Assembly (NCBI GenBank): GCA_013336225.1
Contig: JAAXUC010000007.1
Coordinates: 27,554 to 59,553 of the forward strand
Source: Candidatus Moraniibacteriota bacterium
Lineage (GTDB): Bacteria > Patescibacteriota > Minisyncoccia > Moranbacterales > GWC2-37-73
Length of the DNA stretch: 32,000 nucleotides
Direction of reading: 5' to 3'
How positions within the stretch are numbered: position 1 is the stretch's first letter; every line of letters begins with the position of its first letter. Positions 9,192-17,563 of the stretch are shown piece by piece. Below the pieces are notes generated by a model that saw only the letters and a list, made by a program, of their open reading frames with translations, was not told the origin of the DNA and did not search any database. Made by a program: the position numbers and the translations under genes.

Positions 9192-9467
9192 CTAGCGGAA
9201 GGCATATTCAACCTTCATGTATTGCGAGCTTCCACATTGAGAGCCAACAATCCCAGTCAGCAAAAAGTCTTTGCCTTTTTCTTCCAATGAAATGGAAAAG
9301 CGGGCATCAAAAATTGCTGGGGCTTGATGCATGTGTGATGTCTTGAAAAATCTAACATCAGGTAGGGGCAGGATTTGCTCTGCGGCCAATTCGAAAAACA
9401 TGTTCTTTACCGTTTCTCTTGCTCGGGTGATATCCATTCCTGGGACGTTTGCAATCTTTTTTGACAT
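9192..9467 (-). CDS. Hypothetical protein
   Basis: AAAGGAGG lies 7 nt upstream of the ATG and a terminator follows. No motif recognised. Confidence 0.7.
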   Translation of the reverse strand: MSKKIANVPGMDITRARETVKNMFFELAAEQILPLPDVRFFKTSHMHQAPAIFDARFSISLEEKGKDFLLTGIVGSQCGSSQYMKVEYAFR

Positions 9468-9556
9468 GGTGGTGCCTCCTTTGGGCGGGTTTGTATATAC
9501 ATTGTTAAAGAAATTATATGTCCGGCTGAATAATTGGAAATGACAGTAACTGACTA

Positions 9557-10144
9557 TTATAGCAGAACTTTGCGATTTGTCAAGGCCTCAGAGAGAGTCA
9601 GTTCGTCGGCATATTCCAGATCGGCGCCAGTTGAAAGGCCGCGTCCGAGGCGGGTGATGCGGATGTTTAGGGGCTGCATTTTTCTTTTGAGATATAGGGC
9701 AGTCGCGTCGCCTTCGGTGGTGGGGTTGGTGGCCAGGATGACTTCGGTGATCTTTTCATTTTCAATGCGACTGATCAGTTCTGGAATCTTCAGTGCTGTG
9801 CCATGATCTCCAACAGCAATGACGCCACCTAGAACATGATAGAGTCCATTGTATGCCTTGGTGCGTTCGAGCGAGATGATGTCGAGAGGTTCTTCGACCA
9901 CGCAAATGGAGAATTGATCACGTTTGGAATCTTTGCAATAGGCGCAAAGATGATCCTCAGCGATGTTGAAGCACTTTCTGCAAACCTGCATATTTTTGAT
10001 TTCCAAGAGATTTTCCGCAAAGTCACGAATTTTTTCAATATCTTGCTTGAAAAGAAATAGCACAAGACGCTCGGCCATTTTGGGGCCAACTGAAGGAAGG
10101 GAAGCAAGATTCTTGATCAATTTTTGAAATGCTTTGGGATACAT
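9557..10144 (-). CDS. recR: Recombination protein RecR
   Basis: LPSVGPKMAERL helix-hairpin-helix, C4 zinc finger CRKC..CAYC, and Toprim block VVEEPLDI. The start is set at Met 19 (MYPKAF), because the 18-codon extension lies inside repeat E2. Confidence 0.93.
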   Translation of the reverse strand: MYPKAFQKLIKNLASLPSVGPKMAERLVLFLFKQDIEKIRDFAENLLEIKNMQVCRKCFNIAEDHLCAYCKDSKRDQFSICVVEEPLDIISLERTKAYNGLYHVLGGVIAVGDHGTALKIPELISRIENEKITEVILATNPTTEGDATALYLKRKMQPLNIRITRLGRGLSTGADLEYADELTLSEALTNRKVLL

Positions 10145-10153
10145 ATAAATAGG

Positions 10154-10266
10154 TTTTAGCTTATTAGGCGTTAGCTTTTTAGGAAATGCAAGAAACAAAA
10201 ATATGTTTTTTTTTAATTTTAGGACTTCAAAGCTGAAAAGCTGAGAAGCTAATGCCTGATAAGCTA
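10154..10266. repeat. TAGCTT-word palindromic element E2 (paired arms)
   Basis: Left arm ttttagcttattaggcgttagctttttaggaaatgc spans 10154-10189. Right arm aagctgaaaagctgagaagctaatgcctgataagcta spans 10229-10266 and contains the dnaB stop (cta = TAG). Confidence 0.6.
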
Positions 10267-11673
10267 ATTTTGTTGATGGATTTTCTCAAGTGATCTGAAA
10301 GATGCGGAGTTTTCTTGGAAGAAGGCGCTGACTTCGCCAACTGGACCGTTTCGATGTTTGGCGATGATGATTTTCACAATGCCTTTGTTTGGGGTGTCAG
10401 GTTTTTCACGATCTTCGCGATAGAGGAAAAGCACCACGTCAGCGTCCTGCTCAATTGATCCGGATTCTCGAAGGTCAGAAAGTTTTGGAATTTGCGGTGA
10501 GCGAGCTTCAACGGCACGAGAAAGCTGTGAGAGTGCAATGATTGGAATGTTGAGTTCGCGAGCCAGATTTTTGAGTCCGCGAGAAATTTCTGAAATTTCC
10601 TGCACGCGATTGTCTCCGCCGCGTCCTTCCATGAGCTGCAAATAGTCGATAACGATGAGTCCAAGATTGTTGTCAGCTTGAAGACGCCTGGCCATGGTGC
10701 GCATTTCCATGATGTTGGCGCTGGCTGTGTCATCAATGAAAATTTTGGCTTCAGAAAGAATTCCCATGGCTTCGCCGATTCTTTGAAAGTCATTGTTTTC
10801 TCCTTCACTTTGCATGCGTCCAGTTCGAAGGCGCCATAAATCAACATTAGCTTCAGCAGCTAACATACGGTCAACAAGTTGGTCGGCGCCCATTTCCAAT
10901 GAGAACATTGCCACAGCTGAGTTTTCTCGCACTGCCACATGGCGCGCGATGTCCAAAGCCAAGGATGTTTTTCCCACGGATGGACGAGCGGCCAAGATGA
11001 TAAGATCGGATTTTTGCAGTCCTGCCAGAATGTTATCAAGATCAATGAAGCCCGTTGGAATCCCGCGGAATTTGTTGCCATCGCGATGCAGTTCATCGAT
11101 GCGATTGAAAGCTGCCTCCAAAATTGATTTGATCGGCATGAAATCTTGTTTGATATATTTTTGCGAAACGGCGAAAAGTTTTTGTTCAGCTTCATCGAGA
11201 ATTTTTTCCACATCATCTCCTTCGCGAAAACCTGCTTCAATGATTTCACTGGCAGCATTAATGAGTCTGCGAAGAAGCGCTTTTTTCTGCACAACTTTGG
11301 CATAATGTACGATGTGGGATGCGCTTGGCACACTGCCAACCAAAGATGCGAGATAGCTTGAACCACCAATTTGTTCAAGTTGTTTTTTTTCATCCAACTT
11401 GTTGGAGATGCTGAGTACATCAAGCGGTTCGCGCTGCTCATATAATTCCAACATCGCTTCATAGATGTTGTTGTGAATGTCTTTATAAAAATCACCAACT
11501 TTCAAAAGATCGGCAACTTTGATCACTGCATCTTTTTCTAACATCAAAGAGCCCAAGATTGACATCTCAGCTTCATTGTTGTGAGGCGGGGTGCGCAATG
11601 GATCATAGTTTTGCGCTGGAGCCGCCTTCGGTTTGTAGTCTTTCCATTCTTTAGCCATATCTTGATCAGGCAT
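10264..11673 (-). CDS. dnaB: Replicative DNA helicase DnaB
   Basis: N-terminal PPHNNEAEMSILGS, Walker A ARPSVGKTS, and RecA-like blocks IVIDYLQLM and ALSQLSR. Confidence 0.95.
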   Translation of the reverse strand: MPDQDMAKEWKDYKPKAAPAQNYDPLRTPPHNNEAEMSILGSLMLEKDAVIKVADLLKVGDFYKDIHNNIYEAMLELYEQREPLDVLSISNKLDEKKQLEQIGGSSYLASLVGSVPSASHIVHYAKVVQKKALLRRLINAASEIIEAGFREGDDVEKILDEAEQKLFAVSQKYIKQDFMPIKSILEAAFNRIDELHRDGNKFRGIPTGFIDLDNILAGLQKSDLIILAARPSVGKTSLALDIARHVAVRENSAVAMFSLEMGADQLVDRMLAAEANVDLWRLRTGRMQSEGENNDFQRIGEAMGILSEAKIFIDDTASANIMEMRTMARRLQADNNLGLIVIDYLQLMEGRGGDNRVQEISEISRGLKNLARELNIPIIALSQLSRAVEARSPQIPKLSDLRESGSIEQDADVVLFLYREDREKPDTPNKGIVKIIIAKHRNGPVGEVSAFFQENSASFRSLEKIHQQN

Positions 11674-11766
11674 TAGGCTATTAGCTTTTCAGCTTTTTAG
11701 AAAATGCATTTTGTTGAAAATAATTTTAACACCTAGGAAGCTAAAAAGCTAAAGCCTAAGAAGCTA
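11671..11766. repeat. TAGCTT-word palindromic element E3 (paired arms)
   Basis: Left arm cattaggctattagcttttcagctttttagaaaatgc (11671-11707) begins with the dnaB start codon. Right arm cctaggaagctaaaaagctaaagcctaagaagcta spans 11732-11766. Confidence 0.6.
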
Positions 11767-11847
11767 GTTCATTATAGCAGTTTTGCATGCTCAAGCAATA
11801 GCAAAAATAGGCAAAAAATCAACACTTTATGCAATGTTTACGAACCA

Positions 11848-11876
11848 TTGACAAATCTTTTAAAATGCTGTATGAT
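11848..11876 (+). promoter_or_regulatory. Sigma70-like promoter
   Basis: TTGACA (11848-11853), 17-nt spacer, TATGAT (11871-11876). Confidence 0.5.
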
Positions 11877-11939
11877 ACAAAGTTCTTTAAATCATGAAAT
11901 TTTAGCAGGCCAAATCCAAGGGAAAAGGGAGGATGCGAC

Positions 11940-12449
11940 ATGAAGGAAATCAGTATTGAGGAAAGAGAGTTGGTTTTATTGGAAGTTGGCATGCGAACAG
12001 TGCGTGAAGCTATCAAGGGGATTTGCACTTTCGGGAAGCCAAGCGCCCGGGTTAATTTTGAGGCAGCTGAATTGTGGGTTAAGGATAATGCTCATGATAT
12101 CAATGCTTCAAAAGAATTGTTGCGAATAACTTTCCTTGGGCAACTGAAGAACCATGCCATAGCTGGCCTAAGGGAATATGAATTCGGAGATATCAGTGCT
12201 GAAGATAGAAGGCACGTCTTATCCGAAGTTGGCATGATAATCTTCAGAGGAGATGCGGACAAGAGAGGGATGCTGTACATTGATGTTTCGAGTAACATTG
12301 TTCGAAATGTCATAGTTAACTGGAGTGAGGCCGCCGCTTGGTCCACACTGAGAGCTCTCGAATTGCGCGTGCCAGAGAAAACACTCAGAATCATCATGCT
12401 TGAGTATCTCAGGCAACGGGCGATCGAAGAGATTGAAAAATACCAGTAA
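11940..12449 (+). CDS. Hypothetical protein made of two tandem ~83-aa repeats
   Basis: GGGAGGA SD upstream. EISIEERELVLLEVGM...LRITFLGQLKNHAI..REY is echoed by DISAEDRRHVLSEVGM...LRIIMLEYLRQRAI..EKY. Confidence 0.7.
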   Translation: MKEISIEERELVLLEVGMRTVREAIKGICTFGKPSARVNFEAAELWVKDNAHDINASKELLRITFLGQLKNHAIAGLREYEFGDISAEDRRHVLSEVGMIIFRGDADKRGMLYIDVSSNIVRNVIVNWSEAAAWSTLRALELRVPEKTLRIIMLEYLRQRAIEEIEKYQ

Positions 12450-12467
12450 ATAGGAAAACTGGTAAAT

Positions 12468-12507
12468 AAAAGGCGAGATGATAAAATTCATCCCGCCTTT
12501 CTTTTTG
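12468..12507 (+). terminator. Intrinsic terminator
   Basis: Stem aaaggcgag / cccgccttt (one mismatch), followed by tttcttttt. Confidence 0.6.
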
Positions 12508-12521
12508 CCTAAATTGCGTTG

Positions 12522-12608
12522 TGTCATCCTGAATTTATTTCAGGATCTCGGTTATAGTAAACAAATTGAAATAAAGAAAGTAGATTCTGAAACAAGTTCA
12601 GAATGACA
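12522..12608. repeat. Twin hairpins ATYCTGAA-N5-TTCAGRAT with inverted TGTC/GACA flanks
   Basis: Hairpin 1 (12526-12546) is atcctgaa tttat ttcaggat. Hairpin 2 (12584-12604) is attctgaa acaag ttcagaat and sits just 3' of the cysS stop. Confidence 0.55.
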
Positions 12609-12609
12609 A

Positions 12610-14040
12610 TCACGAAGCTAGTCTTATTTTCTGTCCATCTTTCGTATCTTCCAAGATGAAGCCATGCTCTTCAATCAAGATTCGCAGGGCATCTGATTTT
12701 TTGAAATCTTTTCCAAGGCGCGCTTGCTCACGCTCGGCCACCAGCCTTTTTATTTCTTCGGGAATTTCTGCTTGACCAGAAAGAACGAGACCGAAAACAG
12801 CATTGATTTTTTTCCAAAGTGTCAGAATTTTTTTGGCATCAGTTGATGACAATGTTTCGTCATCATTTTTTTTATTCACTTCAGTGATGAGTTCATAGAC
12901 GGCAGCCAAAGCTAATGGTGTGTTGAGATCATCATTCATGGCAGCTTCAAATTTTTCTTGATAAGCCGTAACATCAAAAGTGTTGGTCACGGAAATGTCG
13001 CGCAAAGCCAATGCTTCTAAAGTTAAAACAAAATCATTGATTCTTTGCAGATTTTTGTGTGCTTGCTCAAGTGCCTCCCAGGAAAAATCTGTTTGTGAGC
13101 GATAGTGGGATGAAAGCATGAGCAAACGCAAATCCATGGCAGAGAATCCTTTTTCTTTAATATCTTCCAGGGTGTATAGATTGCCTTTTGATTTGCTCAT
13201 TTTTTTGCCGTCCACCATGAGGTGCCTGCCATGCAGCCAAAAGCGCACATATTGTTTTCCAGTGTAGCACTGTGTTTGCGCAATTTCTGCTTCATGATGC
13301 GGGAAGATGTTGTCTTCACCGCCAGTGTGGATGTCAATTGTGTTTCCCAAATATTCTGTGCTCATGGCAGAGCATTCAATGTGCCAACCGGGATAGCCGA
13401 CTGACCAAGGCGATGGCCATTTCATGAGATGATTTTCTGGAGCCTTGAGCCAAAGCGCAAAATCCCAAGGATTTTTTTTGTCAGGATGTTCTTCGAGCCT
13501 GGCTCCAACTTTCAAATTTTCCAAAGTGTTGCCAGAAAGTTTTCCATAGTCTTCAAATTTGGTGACATCAAAAAAAACATTGCCATTTTTTTCATAGGCA
13601 AATCCTTTTTCGATCAAGCCTTCCACAATCTTGATCATCTGTGGCACATGTGCAGTTGCGCGTGGGAAAAAATGAGCAGGTAAGATGTTCATTTCTTTTT
13701 CAACTTGCTTGAAATATTCCTCATAGAATCTGGCGATTTCTTCTGGACTCTTTTTTTCTTTGAGCGCCGCTTTCACCATTTTGTCCTCGCCAGAATCTCC
13801 TTGCGCCACGTCGTCATCAGTCAAATGCCCCACGTCGGTGATGTTTTTGATTAAGCGAACTTCATAGCCAATATATTCCAAATATCTTCGAATGGTGTCA
13901 GATAGAAGATATGCCCGGATGTTTCCAATGTGAATATATCCATAGACAGTTGGTCCACAAGAATACATCCCGACTTTACCAGGATTTATAGATTTGAAAA
14001 CCTCCTTCTGTTTTGATAGTGTATTATATAAATTTAGCAT
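12610..14040 (-). CDS. cysS: Cysteine--tRNA ligase
   Basis: HIGN signature ([10 protein letters not shown]) and KMSKS signature (KMSKSKGN). TGA stop. Confidence 0.95.
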   Translation of the reverse strand: MLNLYNTLSKQKEVFKSINPGKVGMYSCGPTVYGYIHIGNIRAYLLSDTIRRYLEYIGYEVRLIKNITDVGHLTDDDVAQGDSGEDKMVKAALKEKKSPEEIARFYEEYFKQVEKEMNILPAHFFPRATAHVPQMIKIVEGLIEKGFAYEKNGNVFFDVTKFEDYGKLSGNTLENLKVGARLEEHPDKKNPWDFALWLKAPENHLMKWPSPWSVGYPGWHIECSAMSTEYLGNTIDIHTGGEDNIFPHHEAEIAQTQCYTGKQYVRFWLHGRHLMVDGKKMSKSKGNLYTLEDIKEKGFSAMDLRLLMLSSHYRSQTDFSWEALEQAHKNLQRINDFVLTLEALALRDISVTNTFDVTAYQEKFEAAMNDDLNTPLALAAVYELITEVNKKNDDETLSSTDAKKILTLWKKINAVFGLVLSGQAEIPEEIKRLVAEREQARLGKDFKKSDALRILIEEHGFILEDTKDGQKIRLAS

Positions 14041-14057
14041 AAGTTTACTATATAGTG

Positions 14058-14193
14058 CTTAAATCTCAATGTCAAAATCCAAATGTCAAATAAATAATTA
14101 AATGACTTAAAACCTAAAAACACATAAGCATTGTTTTTTAGTACTTGGATTTAGGATTTTATTGGGAATTTAGATTTGAGATTTTGGATTTTT
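14058..14193. repeat. Intergenic word-palindrome (AAATCC/CAAAAT words)
   Basis: Left arm cttaaatctcaatgtcaaaatccaaatgtcaaataaat faces right arm cttggatttaggattttattgggaatttagatttgagattttggatttttt. Confidence 0.45.
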
Positions 14194-14201
14194 TGTTACT
14201 T

Positions 14202-15110
14202 CTAGAGCCATTTTCTGATCTTGAAAACAACTATCGTACAGATAGAAATAAAGATCATAATTGATAGGTGGATGGCAAAGGCATGTGGACTTTTGCCAAA
14301 GGGGATGTCTGCACTCATGGCTAAAATGTTTGAATATACAGTCATGGGCATCATTATTGCAGAAAAAACAGTGAGGACCTTCATGGTGAAGTCCAATTTA
14401 TTTGAAAGCAGGGAATTATTAGTTTCCTCCATGGATTCAATTGTCTCCTTGTTGCTTTCAAGCGCATTCCAAAGGCGTGTGTTGGTGCCAGTCAAATCTT
14501 GAAAATAGGCTGAAAGCTCAGAGGCAATCAAGGGAGATTTCATTTGCGCAAGAGATTCAATGATGTGCCTTTGCGGTTTCAGGGTGCGACGGAAATTGAG
14601 AATGTCTCTTTTGACAACAGAAATTTCAAAAACCATTTCCTTTTCCTTGCCATTGAAAACTTGCTCCTCAATGTTTTCCAGTTTTTCATGAATATGATCA
14701 ATGCGCGGGAAACAGGACTCTAACAGCATTTCGAGAATGTTATAGAGCAGATGAGCAGGTGTCTTGTTCATGTAGATTCTGCGTTTCCCTTCACTTTCTT
14801 CCAGGGTTTTGAAAAAATCATCGAGTTGATAAATTCCTTTCACATGTCCCGTGATCAAATGGTCTTTGGTGATGACGATGTCCAATTCTCCTGGATAGGT
14901 TGTGCGAGCCTTGGTGTCATAAAGCGGAATATGAATGGTGAGAAAGATGCAGTTTTCATATTGGGTGGCTTTTGGGCGATAGGTTGGCGTCATGAATTCT
15001 TCAATCGCCAATGGGTGAATGTCGAAATTTTCCTGCAAATACAGAACATCATCTGCATCAGGATCAGCAAAATCAATCCAGGTTATATTTTTGAATTCAA
15101 CAGTTTTCAT
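14202..15110 (-). CDS. corA: CorA-family divalent cation transporter with non-canonical pore motif (AMS instead of GMN)
   Basis: CorA-like N-terminus (ITWIDF..FDIHPLAIEE) and two C-terminal TM helices. MPMTVYSNILAMSADIP aligns to the canonical MPLTFIAGIYGMNF. The start is set at Met 20 (MKTVEF). Confidence 0.8.
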   Translation of the reverse strand: MKTVEFKNITWIDFADPDADDVLYLQENFDIHPLAIEEFMTPTYRPKATQYENCIFLTIHIPLYDTKARTTYPGELDIVITKDHLITGHVKGIYQLDDFFKTLEESEGKRRIYMNKTPAHLLYNILEMLLESCFPRIDHIHEKLENIEEQVFNGKEKEMVFEISVVKRDILNFRRTLKPQRHIIESLAQMKSPLIASELSAYFQDLTGTNTRLWNALESNKETIESMEETNNSLLSNKLDFTMKVLTVFSAIMMPMTVYSNILAMSADIPFGKSPHAFAIHLSIMIFISICTIVVFKIRKWL

Positions 15111-15140
15111 TTTATTTTTATATTTATTGTGACTGCTGGA

Positions 15141-15159
15141 TCCCGCATCAAGTGCGGGA
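15141..15159. other. GC-rich hairpin tcccgca-tcaag-tgcggga
   Basis: Perfect 7-bp stem in the corA/yidD divergent spacer. It accounts for the spurious N-terminal extension MCCPALDAGSS of the listed corA ORF. Confidence 0.5.
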
Positions 15160-15218
15160 CAACACAAGTTATTGAATCTTGCTATTCTACATATTGATTA
15201 TAGACCATTTTGCCAATA

Positions 15219-15247
15219 TTGACAAAAAACATTTTTTAGTGTAGGGT
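15219..15247 (+). promoter_or_regulatory. Possible yidD promoter
   Basis: TTGACA (15219-15224), 17-nt spacer, TAGGGT. The -10 is weak, and the transcript would be nearly leaderless. Confidence 0.3.
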
Positions 15248-15256
15248 AGCAGGTAC

Positions 15257-15496
15257 ATGAAAAAAATAATTTTATTGTTAATAAAGGTGTATCAGAAGGT
15301 TTTTTCCCTTGATCACGGGATTCCTTCTTGGTTCTGGGGAGGCAGAATCTGTCGTTTTCATCCGTCCTGCAGTCACTATGCCTATGAAGCTGTGGAAAGA
15401 TTTGGAGTTTTGAAAGGAATATGGCTTGGGATAAGGAGATTTTTCAGATGTCATCCTTGGAATGATGGAGGATATGATCCAGTTCCTGAGAAATAG
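15257..15496 (+). CDS. yidD: Membrane protein insertion efficiency factor YidD
   Basis: [19 protein letters not shown]...[14 protein letters not shown] is the YidD signature. Confidence 0.9.
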   Translation: MKKIILLLIKVYQKVFSLDHGIPSWFWGGRICRFHPSCSHYAYEAVERFGVLKGIWLGIRRFFRCHPWNDGGYDPVPEK

Positions 15497-15532
15497 CTTT
15501 TAGCTTTTAGGCATTAGCTTTTTAGGAAATAC
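15494..15532 (+). repeat. TAGCTT-word element E4 (single arm)
   Basis: tagcttttagcttttaggcattagctttttaggaaatac, beginning with the yidD TAG stop. Confidence 0.55.
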
Positions 15533-15552
15533 TGAATATAGAATGTAAAAAC

Positions 15553-15580
15553 TTGTAAATTTGGAAAGAGGGTATATAAT
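15553..15580 (+). promoter_or_regulatory. Possible promoter of ORF 15653
   Basis: TTGTAA, 16-nt spacer, TATAAT (15575-15580). Confidence 0.4.
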
Positions 15581-15652
15581 ATCGAGATTGATATAGGGAT
15601 AGTAATTTTACAATTAAATTTTGTAGTCAAATATATTGAAACAGGAGGCGTT

Positions 15653-16402
15653 ATGAGTGATGGCTTTTTTGAAACAAATCTTCATCCAGTAGCGGTTCAT
15701 AACAAGGATTCATTTCCTGAAAGGGATGCTTCAGAAGAAGGAATTTGCGACAGGATGCGGGCAAGCATGGATAATGCTTTTGCCAGCAATGCCAGTGTCA
15801 TTGAATGTTCGCATTCAGGAGAAAGAGAAACAATTAATTTTGAAGATGGCAGGAATGCTTCCGCGAAAAGAAACAAGTTGCCACTTCCGCGTAAGCGTAG
15901 TAGTTCACTCTTGGCAGAAAAAGGAGACAGCATGAAAGAAATTGAAAAAAAAGAAGAAATTATGGGTGGAGCTTTTTGGCCAAAGGTCGGCAGTTTGGAA
16001 GAAAAAGCGAAACGATTGAAAGCACTCGGTGTTGTTCCAGGTTCAATTGCAGAGCTTATGGATGTGATTGTTGCTGGTGACAATATGCAGGATATAAGTG
16101 CCCTGTGTGCCGCTTTCCCTGATGTTCTATATTGTCATCAGATAAAGCGTAATTTTCCGTTCGTCATGGCTCCACTGGTTACGCCTTATCACAAGAAAGA
16201 CATTACGCTCAAGGGTCATACAATATGCGAAGTTGATTGTGGACGCTCTTGTCAGACTGCACACCACCTGGTTGATGGCAAAAATGATTTCATCTATTCC
16301 ATTCAAGCTTTCAAGTTATGCATAGATGATGAAGGTTTAACTAGAAATGAATTGATTGCTGCTGGTCAACTTGTGCCAGCATCTGTCGGTCTGCATTTGT
16401 AG
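15653..16402 (+). CDS. Hypothetical protein with a low-complexity N-terminal half and a Cys/His-containing C-terminal half
   Basis: CAGGAGG SD lies 5 nt upstream and a strong terminator follows. No family recognised. Confidence 0.7.
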   Translation: MSDGFFETNLHPVAVHNKDSFPERDASEEGICDRMRASMDNAFASNASVIECSHSGERETINFEDGRNASAKRNKLPLPRKRSSSLLAEKGDSMKEIEKKEEIMGGAFWPKVGSLEEKAKRLKALGVVPGSIAELMDVIVAGDNMQDISALCAAFPDVLYCHQIKRNFPFVMAPLVTPYHKKDITLKGHTICEVDCGRSCQTAHHLVDGKNDFIYSIQAFKLCIDDEGLTRNELIAAGQLVPASVGLHL

Positions 16403-16464
16403 AAAAATGATAAAAATCTAGTTTTGCTAACAGCTGATTAAAAATCATGCCTATCAAGCAAAAC

Positions 16465-16502
16465 AAAAAAGGCTTTAACATATTATGTTGAAGCCTTTTT
16501 TC
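16465..16502 (+). terminator. Intrinsic terminator
   Basis: Stem aaggctttaaca / tgttgaagcctt, followed by a T-run. Confidence 0.8.
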
Positions 16503-16522
16503 TATGCTTGTTTTTTTATTAA

Positions 16523-16549
16523 TTAGCACTCGCACTTGACGACTGCTAA
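16523..16549. promoter_or_regulatory. CIRCE operator (HrcA binding site) of the hrcA-grpE-dnaK operon
   Basis: TTAGCACTC-gcacttgac-GACTGCTAA compared with the consensus TTAGCACTC-N9-GAGTGCTAA. There is one mismatch, in the right arm. Confidence 0.85.
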
Positions 16550-16564
16550 TTGGTGGATTATAAT
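16536..16564 (+). promoter_or_regulatory. Sigma70 promoter overlapping CIRCE
   Basis: TTGACG (16536-16541), 17-nt spacer, TATAAT (16559-16564). Confidence 0.7.
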
Positions 16565-16579
16565 ACAAGAGCATTAAAG

Positions 16580-16694
16580 TTTATCAAGCTACTCAAGTCT
16601 ATCAAGTTCATCAAGCAGCAATAGGGAGAGTAAAACACATTGCATTTTAGTATTTTACTTGAAAAACTTTATGAACTTTATAATCTTGAAAAAC
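16580..16694. repeat. Word-palindrome (TCAAG words) filling the predicted hrcA 5' UTR
   Basis: Left arm tttatcaagctactcaagtctatcaagttcatcaagcagc faces right arm ttacttgaaaaactttatgaactttataatcttgaaaaac. Confidence 0.45.
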
Positions 16695-16701
16695 TAATCC
16701 T

Positions 16702-17436
16702 ATGGATTCTAGGCAAGAAAAAATTTTAGCGACAGTGATTGAAGAATACACTCAAACTGCAATTCCAGTTGGTAGTCAGATTTTGGTTGGGAAATATAAA
16801 TTCAAAGTAAGTCCAGCAACAATTAGAAATGACATGACCGCATTGGAAGAGGAAGGATATTTGTTTCAACCACACATCAGTGCTGGAAGAATTCCAACTG
16901 ACAAAGGCTATCGATATTTTGTGGAAGAGATGATGAAGGACAAAATTCTCTCCAAAGATGAGCAACAAAAGATGCAAAGAGAATTTTTGAAATTGAAAGC
17001 TCAAAACACGCGCCTCACCAGAACCACGGCAAAACTGCTTTCACACGTGAGTGGAAATTTTGCAATCAGTGGAAGTAACGATGAATTTTCTGATTTCGGC
17101 ATGCGAGAATTGATGGAAGAGCCTGAATTCAAGGAGCTGGATGAAATGTGTCGCTTGGTTGAAATGTTGGATTATGTGGATGAGAAATTTGATCAGCTCA
17201 CGAAGGGTATTAAGGATGGAGAGGTGAAAATTTTCATTGGCAAGGAGAATCCAATTGAGGCAGCTGCCAATTGCTCGATGATTGTGTCGCCATACACTCT
17301 GAGCAGTGGAGAGAAGGGAATCTTGGCACTCATTGGTCCAAAGCGCATGGCATATGCCAAAAATAAATCAATGATTGAATATGTGAAAAAGCTTTTAGGG
17401 GCGAGCATGATGATAGTAATATTTTTATATATATAA
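16702..17436 (+). CDS. hrcA: Heat-inducible transcription repressor HrcA (short, 244 aa)
   Basis: N-terminal winged-helix block ILATVIEEYTQTAIPVGSQ...SPATIRNDMTALEEEGYL.QPHISAGRIPTDKGYRYFV. C-terminal ALIGPKRMAYAK. Confidence 0.9.
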   Translation: MDSRQEKILATVIEEYTQTAIPVGSQILVGKYKFKVSPATIRNDMTALEEEGYLFQPHISAGRIPTDKGYRYFVEEMMKDKILSKDEQQKMQREFLKLKAQNTRLTRTTAKLLSHVSGNFAISGSNDEFSDFGMRELMEEPEFKELDEMCRLVEMLDYVDEKFDQLTKGIKDGEVKIFIGKENPIEAAANCSMIVSPYTLSSGEKGILALIGPKRMAYAKNKSMIEYVKKLLGASMMIVIFLYI

Positions 17437-17440
17437 AATA

Positions 17441-17550
17441 ATTTTGAATTCTGAATTTTGAATTTCGAATAAAATCTGAATGACATAATGTTTCAAAATT
17501 TAAAACATTAAAAATTCATTCAAAATTCGAAATTGGAAATTCAAAATTTT
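17441..17550. repeat. Word-palindrome (GAATTT words) upstream of grpE
   Basis: Left arm attttgaattctgaattttgaatttcgaataaaatctgaatgac faces right arm attcattcaaaattcgaaattggaaattcaaaatttt. The core contains a hairpin aatgttt..aaacatt. Confidence 0.5.
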
Positions 17551-17563
17551 CTAAACAAAATTT

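Noticed and set aside
10145-10198. N-terminal extensions of listed ORFs (recR to 10198, corA to 15167, dnaK from 18402, ORFs from 3483, 4373 and 6492)
   Set aside because: The extensions run through intergenic repeats or hairpins. Conserved N-termini (MYPKAF.., MKTVEF.., [10 protein letters not shown]..) or SD sites indicate the downstream starts.
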